Below, in pieces: positions 1 through 17,025 of a stretch of DNA of 64,000 bases. The notes beneath the pieces were generated by a model. The model was not told the origin of the DNA. It did not search any database and was given only the letters and a program-made list of their open reading frames with translations. The DNA lies in NCBI GenBank assembly GCA_964016885.1, contig OZ024741.1:312542001-312606000 (forward strand), given 5' to 3'. The translations under genes were made by a program, and so were the position numbers. Every line of letters begins with the position of its first letter. The stretch's first letter is position 1. Source of the DNA: Eledone cirrhosa. Taxonomy: Eukaryota.

Positions 1-600
<600 letters not shown>

Positions 601-744
601 TAAAGAGTTAAACAAGATTCAATGAGTAAATCAAAGAATGAGTTTTACAGTAGATTGGATGCACTCTACAGTTAAAAGATTTTTCCAGAGTTATTAATAC
701 TAATTCAAATATTAACGAAATAGATATTCTTGTGATCAATTAAA

Positions 745-807
745 TTTTATTATACATATTCAGAGGTACTTGAATCAGGTTCAACGGTACGTCCTTATCA
801 GATAAAA
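745..807 (-). ncRNA. Degenerate hammerhead ribozyme-like motif
   Basis: Minus strand: ttttat CUGAUAA [gtac..ttgaa/ttcaa..gtac hairpin] GAA tatgta UA ataaaa. Stem I is a perfect 6 bp; the core has two lesions. Confidence 0.5.
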
Positions 808-1626
808 TAAAATGATACATGACATACCATGACATGTTAGATGGTTAAGATTTAATTAAGGTAGTGATTAACTTGAGAAAACTCAATTCTTATACCCTAA
901 TATTGAGAACACGTGAAAACATAATAGAATCAATAGAGAGAGTGTGATTAAGAAAAACTTTGCCTTAATGCAACAGTTATAGATTAAGGACTATAGATTA
1001 AGACGTATCTGGAGTTATAATTTATTTAGTTTTTAGCTTGAGAATGCAACTGACATATAATTAAAGACAGGGAGAGATAAAGGGGAGTAATTTATGCTCA
1101 AAATTTCTTCGGACACATATAAACATGTATAATTTGGCGGTTAAATTTCAAAATATTTAATTTATGTTATTCTAGCGTTAAGAATCAACATTTTAGGTTT
1201 TAACAGTTGATGGTTATTTGTATTAATTTTATAAATTTTATAAATTTCATAAATGTGTTAGACTTCTAAAATTCAAAGTTTTATGAAAACAAATTTAAAG
1301 GATTTACGAGGCCCGCGAAAGAAAAATATATACTGTTCAATATTCTCACAAAGTTAATCTTTAACAAAATTACTTTTAACAGTGACAAGATTTTCCATAA
1401 GTATAGTTTATGAAGTATTTACAGTTATAACTATCAAGGAATTTATTGTTAAATAGTTATAGTGCCAAAAGTATAATAATTAAACCAGAGTTGTCCGCTA
1501 TATATATATATATATATATATGAGTGTGCATTGATCATCATAAGAGGATTATAAATTATTATTCTTTTATTATTTGTTCATATATTATATTAAATCACTA
1601 CATTAGTTCCACCTTCTAGGGAAGAC

Positions 1627-1990
1627 TGAACTCTAATTATGATGATGTATACAATATAGATATATTTGCACAAACTATATATAGATTTATACCGAACTCT
1701 AATTATGATTATGTTCTTATACATTATAAACATATTTGCACAAAATTATATACAGAGATATACCGAACTATAATTATGATTATGTTATTATACAATATAA
1801 ACATATTTGCACAATCTATATATAGAGAGATATACTAAGTATTAATGAGACGGTATACATTTAATAAAGTATAACGATTATAATCTTTGATAGTAGTTTC
1901 ATACATGCATAACTACGATTATGTTATTACACTAGATAAAGATATTTGCACAAACTATACTTTGATATACTAGGTATTAATAAGACAGTA
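1627..1990. repeat. Diverged ~70-bp minisatellite
   Basis: Recurrent gaactctaattatgat...atatttgcacaa at about 1628, 1694 and 1765, with a more diverged copy near 1915. Confidence 0.75.
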
Positions 1991-2500
1991 TATATCCAAT
2001 AAAACATATCGATTAAAATCACTGTTAGCAGTCTTACCTACAGTTTATTGGAGATATAAACCAATATTAGTCTACTAATATTGTCCGCTAAAAATAGGTA
2101 AAATACCTAAAAAACAAAGCTAACTTTCTGAGTCTTCAAAAACCATCCCAAATGAGTAAAATGGACACATATATATAAAATAAAATACATACACATATAT
2201 ATATAAATGTAAACGCATGAATGATCCACGATTCAAAATAAGGTCAGTAAAATTTACAGGATAGATATCTAAACTATATTAAAACAGAGATAGAAAAATA
2301 AAGGTCTGAATCAAAGTTAAGAATATCCAAAAAGACATAGGTTATGTATATCAACCTGCCAACAAGTTATTAAACAAGTGTCATTCATTCAAACATTATT
2401 TCCATTATAAATGATTAGAAGATAAAGCATTATTAAAGTTTTCTAAGCCGTTATTATTTATACAGTTGATGATGTACGTCTAAAAATCAGGCTTGGTTGC

Positions 2501-3170
2501 TTACTGTTTTTTCCTGACCTTATGCGAAGCTTGGAATGTAGACAAAGCTTTATGAAGGCAGTTTGAGAATAATTCACTTTTTTCGTTAATTAGGTTTTCA
2601 TAATTATTAATTATCAATAGGGTCTCCATTGTACAGAGAGCGCAGTTACTTGATATACTTGAGTTGAGATAAACTCCACTATTACAAAGTTTCGTCCAAA
2701 AGATCGAGTATTTTAAATTTTTGTCTTTAATGACCATATAAGCTGTGATAAAGATGTCGATGATTTCCTATTAGAATTCAAAAATGAGCATTTATGATTC
2801 GCAAATCTAGCCTTAAATATAGAAGAGGTAGCTCCAATGAAGTTGTATGTGTTGTTATCAGTTTTAACGGTGCATTTATACACGAAATTACTGTCCAGAG
2901 AAATATTTTGCAGAGGGAAGTCTGGTTTATTTCTACAATTACATTTTGATTTATTATTATTTATGTTAACACTATTATTACAATCATTATGCTGATTCCG
3001 CTTTAGAATGTTACTGTTTATTTTAGCAATATTTTGGGCCATATTCATTGTTGTAGAATAAGATAATTTAATAGTGTGTCTATTAAAACTGGAATGGTAT
3101 TTATGTTGACTAGGAAAAGAGCTGTCCAAAGCTTTGACGAATAGGTTAGCTATTGGTGTTCTTACTCTGA
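2501..3170 (-). pseudogene. PLE (Naiad-type) linker plus GIY-YIG endonuclease, frameshifted
   Basis: TIKLSYS, CNCRNK, FVYKCTV..NFIGATS..FKARF, then CALC..E in ORFs 2713-3129 and 2501-2737. Confidence 0.85.
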
Positions 3171-3315
3171 AATATGTATAATAAAATTTAATTAATCACA
3201 AGAAAATATATTTTGTTAATATTTGAATTAATATATATATATAAGTATATATATATATATGTATTTATATATATATATATATGTATTTATATATATATAC
3301 ATATATGTATGTATT

Positions 3316-3346
<31 letters not shown>

Positions 3347-3454
3347 GTATTTATATACATATATGGATATATATGTATTTATATATATATACATATATAT
3401 ATATACATATAAGTATATATATATGTATTTATATATATATATAAGTATATATGT

Positions 3455-3600
3455 ATGATGCGTTATGTTCTTGAGCAAGACACTTTATTTTACGTTGATC
3501 CTTCTACCTGGAGTTGCGACCGATAGATAGTATTAGCAATTGGAAAGACCAACGGAAACATTGTTCCCTCGGTCCGATTTGACGAAAGTCGATCGTTCCT
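3455..3600 (+). mobile_element. 5'-truncated tRNA-derived SINE
   Basis: Near-identical to the 3' part (16880-17024) of the full SINE at 16805. Confidence 0.85.
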
Positions 3601-3690
3601 TTTTTATATATATATATATGTATTTATTTATATATATATATATATGTGTATTTATATATATATATGTATTTATATATATATATATGTATT

Positions 3691-3749
<59 letters not shown>

Positions 3750-3756
3750 TTATATA

Positions 3757-3790
<34 letters not shown>

Positions 3791-3797
<7 letters not shown>

Positions 3798-5960
3798 TTA
3801 AAAAGTAATTTAAAAAAATATATGATCAACACTACTGTGTTTTGTTTTTGCAAAATGACAATAATTTTTTTTTAGCCAGATAGAAATATCTTAATTCAAG
3901 TACATATAGTCCGTCTGTATCGATCTAGAGAATATTAAATATTAAATCTATACTTACAGACGTAAAATGGCAACTGCCTGGTGCCTAGACAAGTTTAAAT
4001 TTAAAAATTCAAACCTTTTCAGCAGATCGGGCGGAACTTCAAGACGTAAACCTGTTTCACAAGGGATGTTATACTAATGAAATAATTAATTAATTACGGA
4101 ACAACTATTTATAAAATAATTATTAGTAAACTAATCAATTTTCTGTGATCTTCGGTAGGCACCCAGAAATTAAAATCACTTCTCCTAAGATAATATCTTA
4201 AGACTGATCTGTCGCAGCCTAATACATGTGCTTTTGCATACGACCTTCTCAGCATTCTGGCTCATATCCATGGCGCTAGAAATAGCAGCCGTGAATATGT
4301 AATTATGAATGCAGCTCACCGTAGGAGCAGTTTAATTTCAGTTTACTAGTCAGTTACAAATATTAAGCTCTAAGAAAATACTTCTGAGCATTACATTATA
4401 GTTTAAAAAGTAATTAAACAAAATATATGATCAACACTACGGTGTTTTTTTTGCAAAATGACAATAATTTTTTAGCCAGATAGAAATACCTTAATTCAAG
4501 TACATATAGTCCGTCTGTATCGATCTAGAGAATATTAAATATTAAATCTATACTTACAGACGTAAAATGGCAACTGCCTGGTGCCTAGACAAGTTTAAAT
4601 TTCAAAATTTAAACCTTTTCAGCAGATCGGGCGGAACTTCAAAATGTAAACCTGTTTCACAAGGGATGTTATACTAATGAAATAATTAATTAATTACGGA
4701 ACAACTATTTATAAAATAATTATTAGTAAACTAATCAATTTTCTGTGATCTTCGGTAGGCACCCAGAAATTAAAATCACTTCTCCTAAGATAATATCTTA
4801 AGACTGATCTGTCGCAAGCCTAATACATGTGCTTTTGCACACGACCTTCTCAGCATTCTGGCTCATATCCATGGCGCTAGAAATAGCAGCCGTGAATATG
4901 TGATTATGAATTCAGCTCACCGTAAGAGCACTACCGAAGATCACAGAAAATTGATTACTTTACTAATAATTATTTTATAAATAGTTGTTCCGTAATTAAT
5001 TAATTATTTCATTAGTATAACATCCCTTGTGAAACAGGTTTACGTTTTGAAGTTCCGCCCGATCTGCTGAAAAGGTTCGAATTTTGAAATTTAAACTTGT
5101 CTAGGCACCAGGCAGTTGCCATTTTACGTCTGTAAGTATAGATTTAATATTTAATATTCTCTAGATCGATACAGACGGACTATATGTACTTGAATTAAGG
5201 TATTTCTATCTGGCTAAAAAAAAATTATTGTCATTTTGCAAAAAAAAAACACAGTAGTGTTGATCATATATTTTTTTAAATTACTTTTTAAACTATAATG
5301 TAATGCTCAGAAGTATTTTCTTAGAGCTTAATATTTGTAACTGACTACTAAACTGAAATTAAACTGCTCCTACGGTGAGCTGAATTCATAATCATATATT
5401 CACGGCTGCTATTTCTAGCGCCATAGATATGAGCCAGAATGCTGAGAAGGTCGTGTGCAAAAGCACATGTATTAGGCTTGCGACAGATCAGTCTTAAGAT
5501 ATCTTAGGAGAAGTGATTTTAATTTCTGGGTGCCTACCGAAGATCACAGAAAATTGATTACTTTACTAATAATTATTTTATAAATAGTTGTTCCGTAATT
5601 AATTAATTATTTCATTAGTATAACATCCCTTGTGAAACAGGTTTACGTTTTGAAGTTCCGCCCGATCTGCTGAAAAGGTTTGAATTTTGAAATTTAAACT
5701 TGTCTAGGCACCAGGCAGTTGCCATTTTACGTCTGTAAGTATAGATTTAATATTTAATATTCTCTAGATCGATACAGACGGACTATATGTACTTGAATTA
5801 AGGTATTTCTATCTGGCTAAAAAATTATTGTCATTTTGCAAAAAAAAAACCACCATAGTGTTGATCATATATTTTTTTTAATTACTTTTTAAACTATAAT
5901 GTAATGCTCAGAAGTATTTTCTTAGAGCTTAATATTTGTAACTGACTACTAAACTGAAAT
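3791..5960. repeat. ~600-bp tandem repeat, about 3.6 units, inverted at ~4931, flanked by (TA)n
   Basis: agccagatagaaat recurs at 3874 and 4474. The reverse-complement block runs 4931-5960 with a period of ~603 bp. Confidence 0.95.
5531..5648 (+). ncRNA. Hammerhead-like motif in the 600-bp monomer (also 4931-5045 +, ~4044-4160 -, ~4644-4760 -)
   Basis: gccta CCGAAGA [~90 nt incl. tactaat/attagta helix] GAAA cag GUU tacgt. The core has U4->C and stem I has one mismatch. Confidence 0.4.
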
Positions 5961-6005
5961 ATATATATATATATGTATTTATACATATATATATATATAT
6001 AAATG

Positions 6006-6060
<55 letters not shown>

Positions 6061-6083
6061 GTATTTATATATATATATGTATT

Positions 6084-6194
<111 letters not shown>

Positions 6195-6249
6195 GTATAT
6201 GTATAGACATATATGTATATATAGACATATATGTATATATATATAATCC

Positions 6250-7199
6250 CATCTAAGGAGCATCCTCACCTCGAGAAACTGGCGAATATGATCTCTGCAC
6301 TAAAACGCTCAGACGTAATTCTCGTTCATGCGGATAAAACGGGTAACCTCTACAACTTGGATGTGGCAACTTATAGAAAACTAATACTTAAGGAACTTAG
6401 AAAAAAATTACAGAAACACTACACAGGATAAACCTTGATGACATTAACGAGCGGACTAATAGAATAGTGAATAAACTCAGCATTACGGATAGGACCGGGT
6501 TTTACCAGCTCAAAGAACACGTATCTTGCTGAAGGATCACAAACCGAACTTCGGTACGGAACTCCCAGTCAGACTTATAGTACCATCAAGGTCTGACATC
6601 GGGTGTATTAGCAAGAAAATACTGGACAGAATCTTACCAACCCTTAGAAAAAAGACCCAATTACAGCAATGAACCAGAACGGGGGAAGTGATTGAGTGGT
6701 TTAACGGCCTGCAGTGCAAAGGTAGGACAAATGTTATACGGTTTGATATATGTAACTATTACGCATCCATATCGCCGGTGGTTCTTAACAAGGCACTTAT
6801 GTTTGCACGCAGGCATACTGATTTAACCAGGGATGAAATTAACATCATCCATCCTGCTAGGAGGACATTAATAGGTTTCGACGGCGAGCTCTGGACTAGG
6901 AGAGAGTGGCCGGACAATTGTGACATCACGATGGGATCGAGCGACTCGGTGCAGTGTACTGACCTGGTGGGCCTCTACATCCTCAGTGACCTGAAAAGCG
7001 AGATCCCTTCGTCAGGCGGTGGAATATACCGCAACGATGCGTTGTTTACGCTACTCGACCACAGCAACAGCATTATAAATAGGACTAGAAAGAACTTGAT
7101 TACATTTTTCAAAAACCTAGGCCTCAGCATTGACATAGAAAATAATAGAAAGGTAGTCAACTTCCTAGATGTTACTCTCAATCTAGAGTCCGGCCTCTA

Positions 7200-7200
<1 letters not shown>
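6250..7200 (+). pseudogene. PLE (Naiad-type) RT fragment, disrupted
   Basis: [58 protein letters not shown]. Contains frameshifts and a stop; both ends lie in (TA)n. Confidence 0.9.
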
Positions 7201-7295
<95 letters not shown>

Positions 7296-7321
7296 ACATA
7301 TATATGTATATATATGTATAT

Positions 7322-9528
<2,207 letters not shown>

Positions 9529-9646
9529 ATGTATATATATATATATATACATATATACACATATATTATATATATATATGTATGTATACATATATATATA
9601 TGTATACATATATGTATATATATATATGTATATATTTGTATACATA

Positions 9647-10264
9647 TATTCCCAAATGCAAATATAAACTGCAAAAGCAGAAATCTACTGTACTGCATTA
9701 AATGCCTGAATTGTGAAGAACTATATCTCGGTCAAACTGGAAAAGCACTATCGGAACGTGCACGGGTACACCGACAGCAAATCAGAGACCCAAATATCCG
9801 TCAGATACCCCTGCAACTTATACCTTACGGCCAGATTGTTGAACGTATATACTTACCATATGCATATTAATGGCTGAGTAGTCCTATTTGCATATCGAGT
9901 GGGTTAATCGGCCGGGTGCACCGAAAACGATAAACGGAAAAAATGAAACAAAATTTCATTTCCCACTCTTTTTCCGTTTATCGTTTTCGGTGCACCCGGC
10001 CGATTAACCCACTCGATATGCAAATTGGGCTACTCAGCCATTAATATGCATAAGGTAAGTATATACGTTCAACAATCTGGCCGTAAGGTATAAGTTGCAG
10101 GGGTATCTGACGGATATTTGGGTCTCTGATTTGCTGTCGGTGTACCCGTGCACGTTCCGATAGTGCTTTTCCAGTTTGACCGAGATATAGTTCTTCACAA
10201 TTCAGGCATTTAATGCAGTACAGTAGATTTCTGCTTTTGCAGTTTATATTTGCATTTGGGAATA
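9647..10264. repeat. ~300-bp-arm near-perfect inverted repeat containing a truncated GIY-YIG
   Basis: 9647-9952 is the reverse complement of ~9970-10264. The same peptide (IFPNANINCKSRNLLYC...) is encoded on both strands. Confidence 0.95.
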
Positions 10265-12372
10265 TTTTTCCAGTTTTTGTTTTCATATATGTATGGATTG
10301 ACATGTGCCACATCGACTATTATTGCATTTAGATACAGTGAATTATTGGTCTTTGTCGTTAAGGTCAAACTTTGATTTTGTTAGTAATTGCTTCAAATTT
10401 TTCGGCTGTCTTTTACTAAGAGTCAAAGATCGATCTGTAATTAAGCCTTTTAATTCATTACTTTGAGCAATGATCGGTAGGTTTGCTTTGGCAGTGTTGA
10501 AGATATTCTGGTGACATGGGTTGTGTGTCATTATAAATGGTATGACCAGTTCTTGGTTTCTTCTTCCTTGGGTTGTCCTAAGTTGTTGTATAGGTATTTT
10601 TATAGCCCGCTGTATGCCATTTTCTATAAGTAGAGATGGGTATTTTTGTTTGAGCAAAAATTCTCTTAGTTCTGTTAGGCGTTTGTACCTGATATTCGTA
10701 TCTTCTACAATGGTACACATTCTTCTGGCTAGGCAGTGTGGGATGTTGCGTTTTGTATGAGGTGGATCGCACGACTTAAAATTCAGATATTGATGGGTGT
10801 CTGTGTGTTTATAATATATATCCGTGGTAATGGTGGTGTCGTTTTTGATTATCATTATATCTAGGAATGGTAATTTGGTACTACTCATCTCTTTTGTGAA
10901 TTGGAGGGATGGGTGTAGGTTATTCAGAATGATATTGAACTCATCCAGAGTATCTAGAGATTCTGTCCAGATGATGAAACAGTCGTCAAAGTATCTCTTC
11001 CAAGATTTTTCAACGTACTTTCTAAAGTCAGTGTTATATTTTCCCTCCATTTCTTGGTAGAGTTGTTGTTCTAAGTATCCCATTACAGAGTTCGCGTAAA
11101 CAGGAGCAAACTTCGTTCCCATCGCTGGGCCTCTAATTTGGATGTAATTCTTTCCATTGAAAAATAAAGTGTTCTTTTCCAGAATAAGTTTAACTGCGTC
11201 TAATATAAATGGCGCTGTGAATCTGATGGGAATCACTTCTCTATGTTTTTCGACTCAGTATTTAACCACCTTTATTCCTCAATCATGTGTAATGTTGGTG
11301 TAAAGGCTTACCACATCAAAACTAAGGAGAAGTGAATTCGTTTCCGTGGTTTTGGGAAGATGAGACAGGAAGTCGATATCATCCCGGAGGAAACTGGGTA
11401 TGTGAATACATAGTGGTTTCAGAATAATGTCAATAAAATTGCTTAGACGGTGAGTGGGGCATGTTGGACCACCTATAATAGGTCTAAGTTTTAAGTATTT
11501 GGGGTGTAGTAATGTAATGTACTCACTGTTTTGTTCTTTTACTGCCAGTTGTATTTCTTTTGACTTATGAACTTTCGGTAGGCCATACAGGTTGCCGAAT
11601 TTTGGCTCAAAATTGGTGATGTACTCTCTTTCCTTATGAGTAAGTGAGTTGTGGTATTTTGAAGTCAGGTTGTTGATCTTCTTCATGATGTTGTGGTCTA
11701 TATTTGACGGTATTTCATGATAGAATGTTGTGTCTTTCAGTTGTTCCTCAACCAAATCTTTGTAATATTCAGCATCCATTATAACAACTGCACCCCCTTT
11801 ATCTGCTTGTTTAATTATTTTTGTTTTATCATTTTGTATACGTTTAAGTGCAAACATTTCTGATTTGTTAATGTTTGGCCTAACATTAGTATTACGTCTA
11901 AGAGGAAATTTAGACAGGATGTCAATGTATTGGTCGAGATAGATATTTCTTCCTTTTGGAGGAGTGAAATTTGATTTATTCTTTACTAGTGATCCATCAC
12001 TCTCATTACTTTTATCAGGGAAGAATTTTACAAGACGTAATTTTCGACAGAATTCCTTCAGTTCTTGGTGGTTGACTTTTGACGGAATTTGCATTTCATC
12101 ATTGTCAAGATCTCTTTTGGATAAATTAATTATTTTAGGATCTACGTGTACAGTTGTTTTGGGTATGTTTCCTCCTGGAGTTTTTCTTTTTCCGATTTTT
12201 GTGGTCCTGACGTTAAAACATGGATTTTTCTCTGCTCAGGATTTATATTCCTGTTGGTGTTTGCTTGATGAACTTTTTGTCGTGATAATATATTTGGTTT
12301 CGTTACGTATTTTGTTCTATTTTTGGTATTATGTATATTATTTTTCCATTTCTTGTTAGCAATGCTCTGCAT
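10041..12372 (-). mobile_element. PLE (probably Neptune-type) RT plus truncated GIY-YIG, broken into four ORFs
   Basis: KQADKGGAVV, LYGLPKVHK, LRPII, FDVVSLYTNI, QIRGPAMGTKFAP, WKRYFDD, LPFLD, YYKHTDTHQYL, then LLYCIKC..LYLGQT. Confidence 0.92.
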
Positions 12373-12582
12373 AGGGTCAATTAGCAGTCGTTAGACATGC
12401 TCAACCAACCGTGACGCCAAAACCAATCAGCTTTAGTAATCCAGTGAAACTATACACCGATTGGTCGTAATACAGTATGCAAGATTTAGCATTCTGGAGC
12501 CACTTTTCACTGTATATAAGGAACAAAATTTACCCATCTCATTACAGTTGAATATTGCAAACTTGACTGTCACCACACATTA

Positions 12583-12621
12583 TGAACCTGAAGATTGCGA
12601 AAGCATGAAAGTACTTGTTCA
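12583..12621 (+). ncRNA. Minimal type I hammerhead ribozyme
   Basis: tgaac CUGAAGA t-tgc(gaaa)gca-t GAAA gta CUU gttca. Stem I is 5 bp; stem III is the palindrome aagtactt. Confidence 0.8.
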
Positions 12622-12826
12622 ATTAACATTAACATTTAATATTCTAACATACTATTTCATTCTAATACCATTATAAATTTTAAACGATTGTAAATAAAAC
12701 GAGTAAATCAGACAATGTTGGAATTCCTTTTACTAATATATATACATATACGTATATATATACACACATATATATATATATATATACACACATATATATA
12801 TATACGCACAAATATATGTATATACA

Positions 12827-12898
<72 letters not shown>

Positions 12899-12968
12899 TG
12901 CATATATATACATATATGTATATATATATATACACATATATGTATATATATATATACACACATATATG

Positions 12969-13002
<34 letters not shown>

Positions 13003-13336
13003 CATATATGCATATATATACATATATGTATATATATACACATATATGTATATATATACACATATATGTATATATATATATACATATACGTATATATATA
13101 CACATATATGTATATATACACACAGATATGTATATATATATATACAATTATATGTATATGTACATATATATACACATACACGTGTATATATATATACACA
13201 TATATGTGTATATATATATACACATATATGTGTGTATATATATACACATATATGTGTATATATATATACACATATATGTGTATATATATATACATATATG
13301 TATATATATATATATATACATATATGTATATATATA

Positions 13337-13775
<439 letters not shown>

Positions 13776-13831
13776 ATATGTATATATATAAATATATGTG
13801 TATATATATATACATATATGTATATATATGC

Positions 13832-13876
<45 letters not shown>

Positions 13877-14032
13877 TATATATATACATATATATATATA
13901 TGTAGGAGGTGAGTGTTATTGTAGTACAATAAAGCAATGCAGATATCGGATAAGTAGCACTCTACAGTTTGTAGGACTGGATTATAAATAAAAATATATA
14001 AGATCAAAAGATGGTTAAAACAGTTCCATGTA

Positions 14033-14099
14033 TTTTATTATGCGCATTTCAAAAACAAATATCATCATGCAATAACATTTGCGTTTTCGTCAGATAAAA
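14033..14099 (-). ncRNA. Type I hammerhead ribozyme
   Basis: ttttat CUGACGA [aaacgcaaatgttatt/gatgatatttgttttt hairpin] GAAA tgcgc AUA ataaaa. Stem III is the palindrome atgcgcat; a distal catgt/acatg helix is possible. Confidence 0.8.
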
Positions 14100-14551
14100 C
14101 AGGGAGACATGATATGTAGATTAAAACACACTTGTGAATAGTGCAGTTTTAAATCAACATATGAAAAGTAGTTTTAAATTGATGTGAGATATTGGGAAAA
14201 AATTGAGGGGGTGGTGGGAGTTGGAAAGGATGAAAACGAGGAGGAGATGAGAGTAAAAAGTGGAGGGGGAGAAGTATAATGAGGAAGGATGAGATAGGAG
14301 GAGAGATGGATGATAGAGAGTGAGAGATATCTTTTATAACTGAGAAAATATATTGTTTTACATAAAGAGGTTGAAAAACCGTTGGAAGATAATATATAAA
14401 TTAAAAGAATTTGAAAATTAACGAAGAGAAAAATTTAGAATAATGTTAAATTAAGGTTTGTATATTTAAGGGTTTAATAATATGTGCGATGAAAAGAAAT
14501 TGTTAATAAGTATTAAGAATAATATTTAAGGGTTTAATAATATGTGCGATG

Positions 14552-14774
14552 GATACTCTATACTATTTCCTGGCAGCATGGCTTCGCAAGATATTTAGAA
14601 CGCTGGTTTGAGACCTTTATTTCCCTCTGAAGAAGAGATATTATTTCGAAAATTAAGGACGTTTAAAATAAATCTAAGGTAAAAGACGAATTGTCAACAA
14701 TATCTTTTGCAATTGCATTCTTTTTTTCTATGTCCATACCTGCATTGTTTTGGCCTTATTATACATATTCAAAC

Positions 14775-14781
<7 letters not shown>
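14552..14781 (+). repeat. 230-bp pLTR-like direct repeat (second copy 18031-18261) with minimal hammerhead
   Basis: Near-identical copies. Motif cct CUGAAGA a gagat..atctc GAAA a UUA agg at ~14625-14658 and ~18103-18137. Confidence 0.75.
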
Positions 14782-14810
<29 letters not shown>

Positions 14811-15586
14811 GTATATGATATATATATATATATATGTGTCCAGAATTAGCCGTCGAAACAGCTTGAACTCTGCTGTCGGGGTCTTACTTGTTCCTATTAC
14901 CCACTCTACTATCCTAAGTATTCAATACGTTGGTTCGTTATGGTCCACCTGGTTCCTTTTACACATGTATGTGGATATATACACATATATGTATATATAT
15001 ACACATATATGTATATATGTATACACATATATGTGTGTATATATATACACATATATGTGTATATATATATAAATATATGTGTATATATATACACATATAT
15101 GTGTATATATATATACATATATGTATATATATATATGTATATATATGTATATATATATATATACATATGCATATATATACATATATGTATATATATACAC
15201 ATATATTTATATATATACATATATGTATATATATATATACATATATATATACACATATATATACGTATATATTTATCTTTATATATATATATATACATAT
15301 ACGTATATATATGTATATATATGTGTATATATATACATATATGTATATATATATACATATATGTGTATATATATACATATATGTATATATATGTATATAT
15401 GTATATATATATATGGATATATACATATATATGTCCATATATATATATATATATATATAAATATATGTATATATATATACACATATATGTGTATATGTAT
15501 ATACACATATATGTGTATATATATACACACATATATGTGTATATATATATACACATATATGTGTATATATATATCATGTCCCCCTA

Positions 15587-15652
15587 TTTAATCTGACGAA
15601 AACGCAAATGTTATTGCATGGTGATATTTGTTTTGAAATGCGCATAATAAAA
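15587..15652 (+). ncRNA. Type I hammerhead ribozyme, inverted copy of 14033-14099
   Basis: 15571-15700 is a diverged reverse complement of ~13990-14115; the core is intact. Confidence 0.75.
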
Positions 15653-15831
15653 TACATGGAACTCTTTTAACCATCTTTTGATCTTATATATTAATATATA
15701 TATATACATCTATGCATATATATACATATATGCATATATATATACATATATGTATATATATATTTACACATATATGTATATATATATATACACATATATG
15801 TGTATATATATATACATATATGTGTATATAA

Positions 15832-15917
<86 letters not shown>

Positions 15918-16030
15918 GCATATATATACATATATGTATATATATACACATATATGTATATATATACACATATATGTATATACATACACATATATGTATA
16001 TATATATATATACACATATATGTATATAAT

Positions 16031-16680
16031 GGAAGTGGAGCCAAAATAGGTAAAGGAATTGGTGTCAGTTATAACTTTACATTCGTAGATTAATTTTTTT
16101 TCAAGACCATGGTTGTTGAGAGGACATTTTTTTTAACATGGCAATTGCAATTGCGATTAGAGAGATTAACAGAGTTATTAACAAGTGACCTAGTGTTATC
16201 TATAGAAGGAATTGGATTGGAGAAGTTATTTACGATAGGAATAATAGTTTCTTGGTTTAGAATGGGAGTAAGAACATTTTGCGAAGTTGCGTTTGACGTT
16301 GTATTTGGGTTTGCAGGAATTAGCCTAGAGTTAACAATGACGTCGGGACCTATTTTGGCTCCACTTCCACCTCCTTTAAAGCTCGTCTTTATAATCATAA
16401 TTCGTCTTTTAAATAGCAACTTAAAAGAACCAACACGGCACTCTCAGAACTCATATGGTCCTTGAAAGACAAAAATATTAACTATAACATCTCTTGGAAG
16501 AAGGTTTCTTCTGCTTCTACATACTTGAACAGTTCTCTATCCAAGACATGCAATCTCTGTTTATGTGAAAGATTTACCATTATATCTAATTTAGATTCTA
16601 TAATAAATAGACGCACTGACTTGTTTTCTCTCTGCTTGCATAAATTCCACAGAACATTCCATAAAGTATACAGCTAATAT
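16031..16680. pseudogene. PLE (Naiad-type) GIY-YIG fragment with a 5' inversion
   Basis: Minus 16348-16031 encodes CNCH..IYECKV..TYFGSTS. Plus from 16349 resumes YFGSTSTSFKARL...CNLCLCE. Confidence 0.85.
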
Positions 16681-16804
16681 CTAATACTTTATCAATTTAA
16701 ACGCCTTTTCTCAAAGGCACATATATATATATATATACACATATATATTTCTTTAAAAATATACGCACCTTTCTACCTTATTTCAATGTTATTTATTATA
16801 CATT

Positions 16805-17025
16805 GTGAAGGCGTGTGGCAGAGTGGTTAGAGAATTGGATTCACAATCGTAAGGTTGTGAGTTCGATTCCTGGACGAGGCGATGCGTTATGTCCTTGAGC
16901 AAGACACTTTATTTCACGTTGTTCCTTCTACCTGGAGTTGCGACCTATAGATAGTACTAGCAATTGGAAAGACGAACGGAAAAATTGTTCCCTCGGTCCG
17001 ATTTGACGAAAGTCGATCGTTCCTC
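16805..17025 (+). mobile_element. Full-length tRNA-derived SINE with target-site duplication
   Basis: A box tggcagagtgg, B box gagttcgattcc, body motif tccttgagcaagacacttt. A 12-bp TSD ttattatacatt lies at 16793-16804 and 17026-17037. Confidence 0.9.

Noticed and set aside
4931-4938. The 8-mer ctaccgaa lies at both the 4931 inversion junction and the 35955 satellite junction
   Set aside because: It is too short, and sits on opposite sides of the two breakpoints, to distinguish from chance.
14838-14885. GAAAC-agc...gct-GUC half hammerhead
   Set aside because: No CUGANGA half was found; the upstream sequence is replaced by (TA)n.
16810-16880. tRNA gene
   Set aside because: The tRNA-like head continues into a repeated body with a TSD, so it is a SINE.
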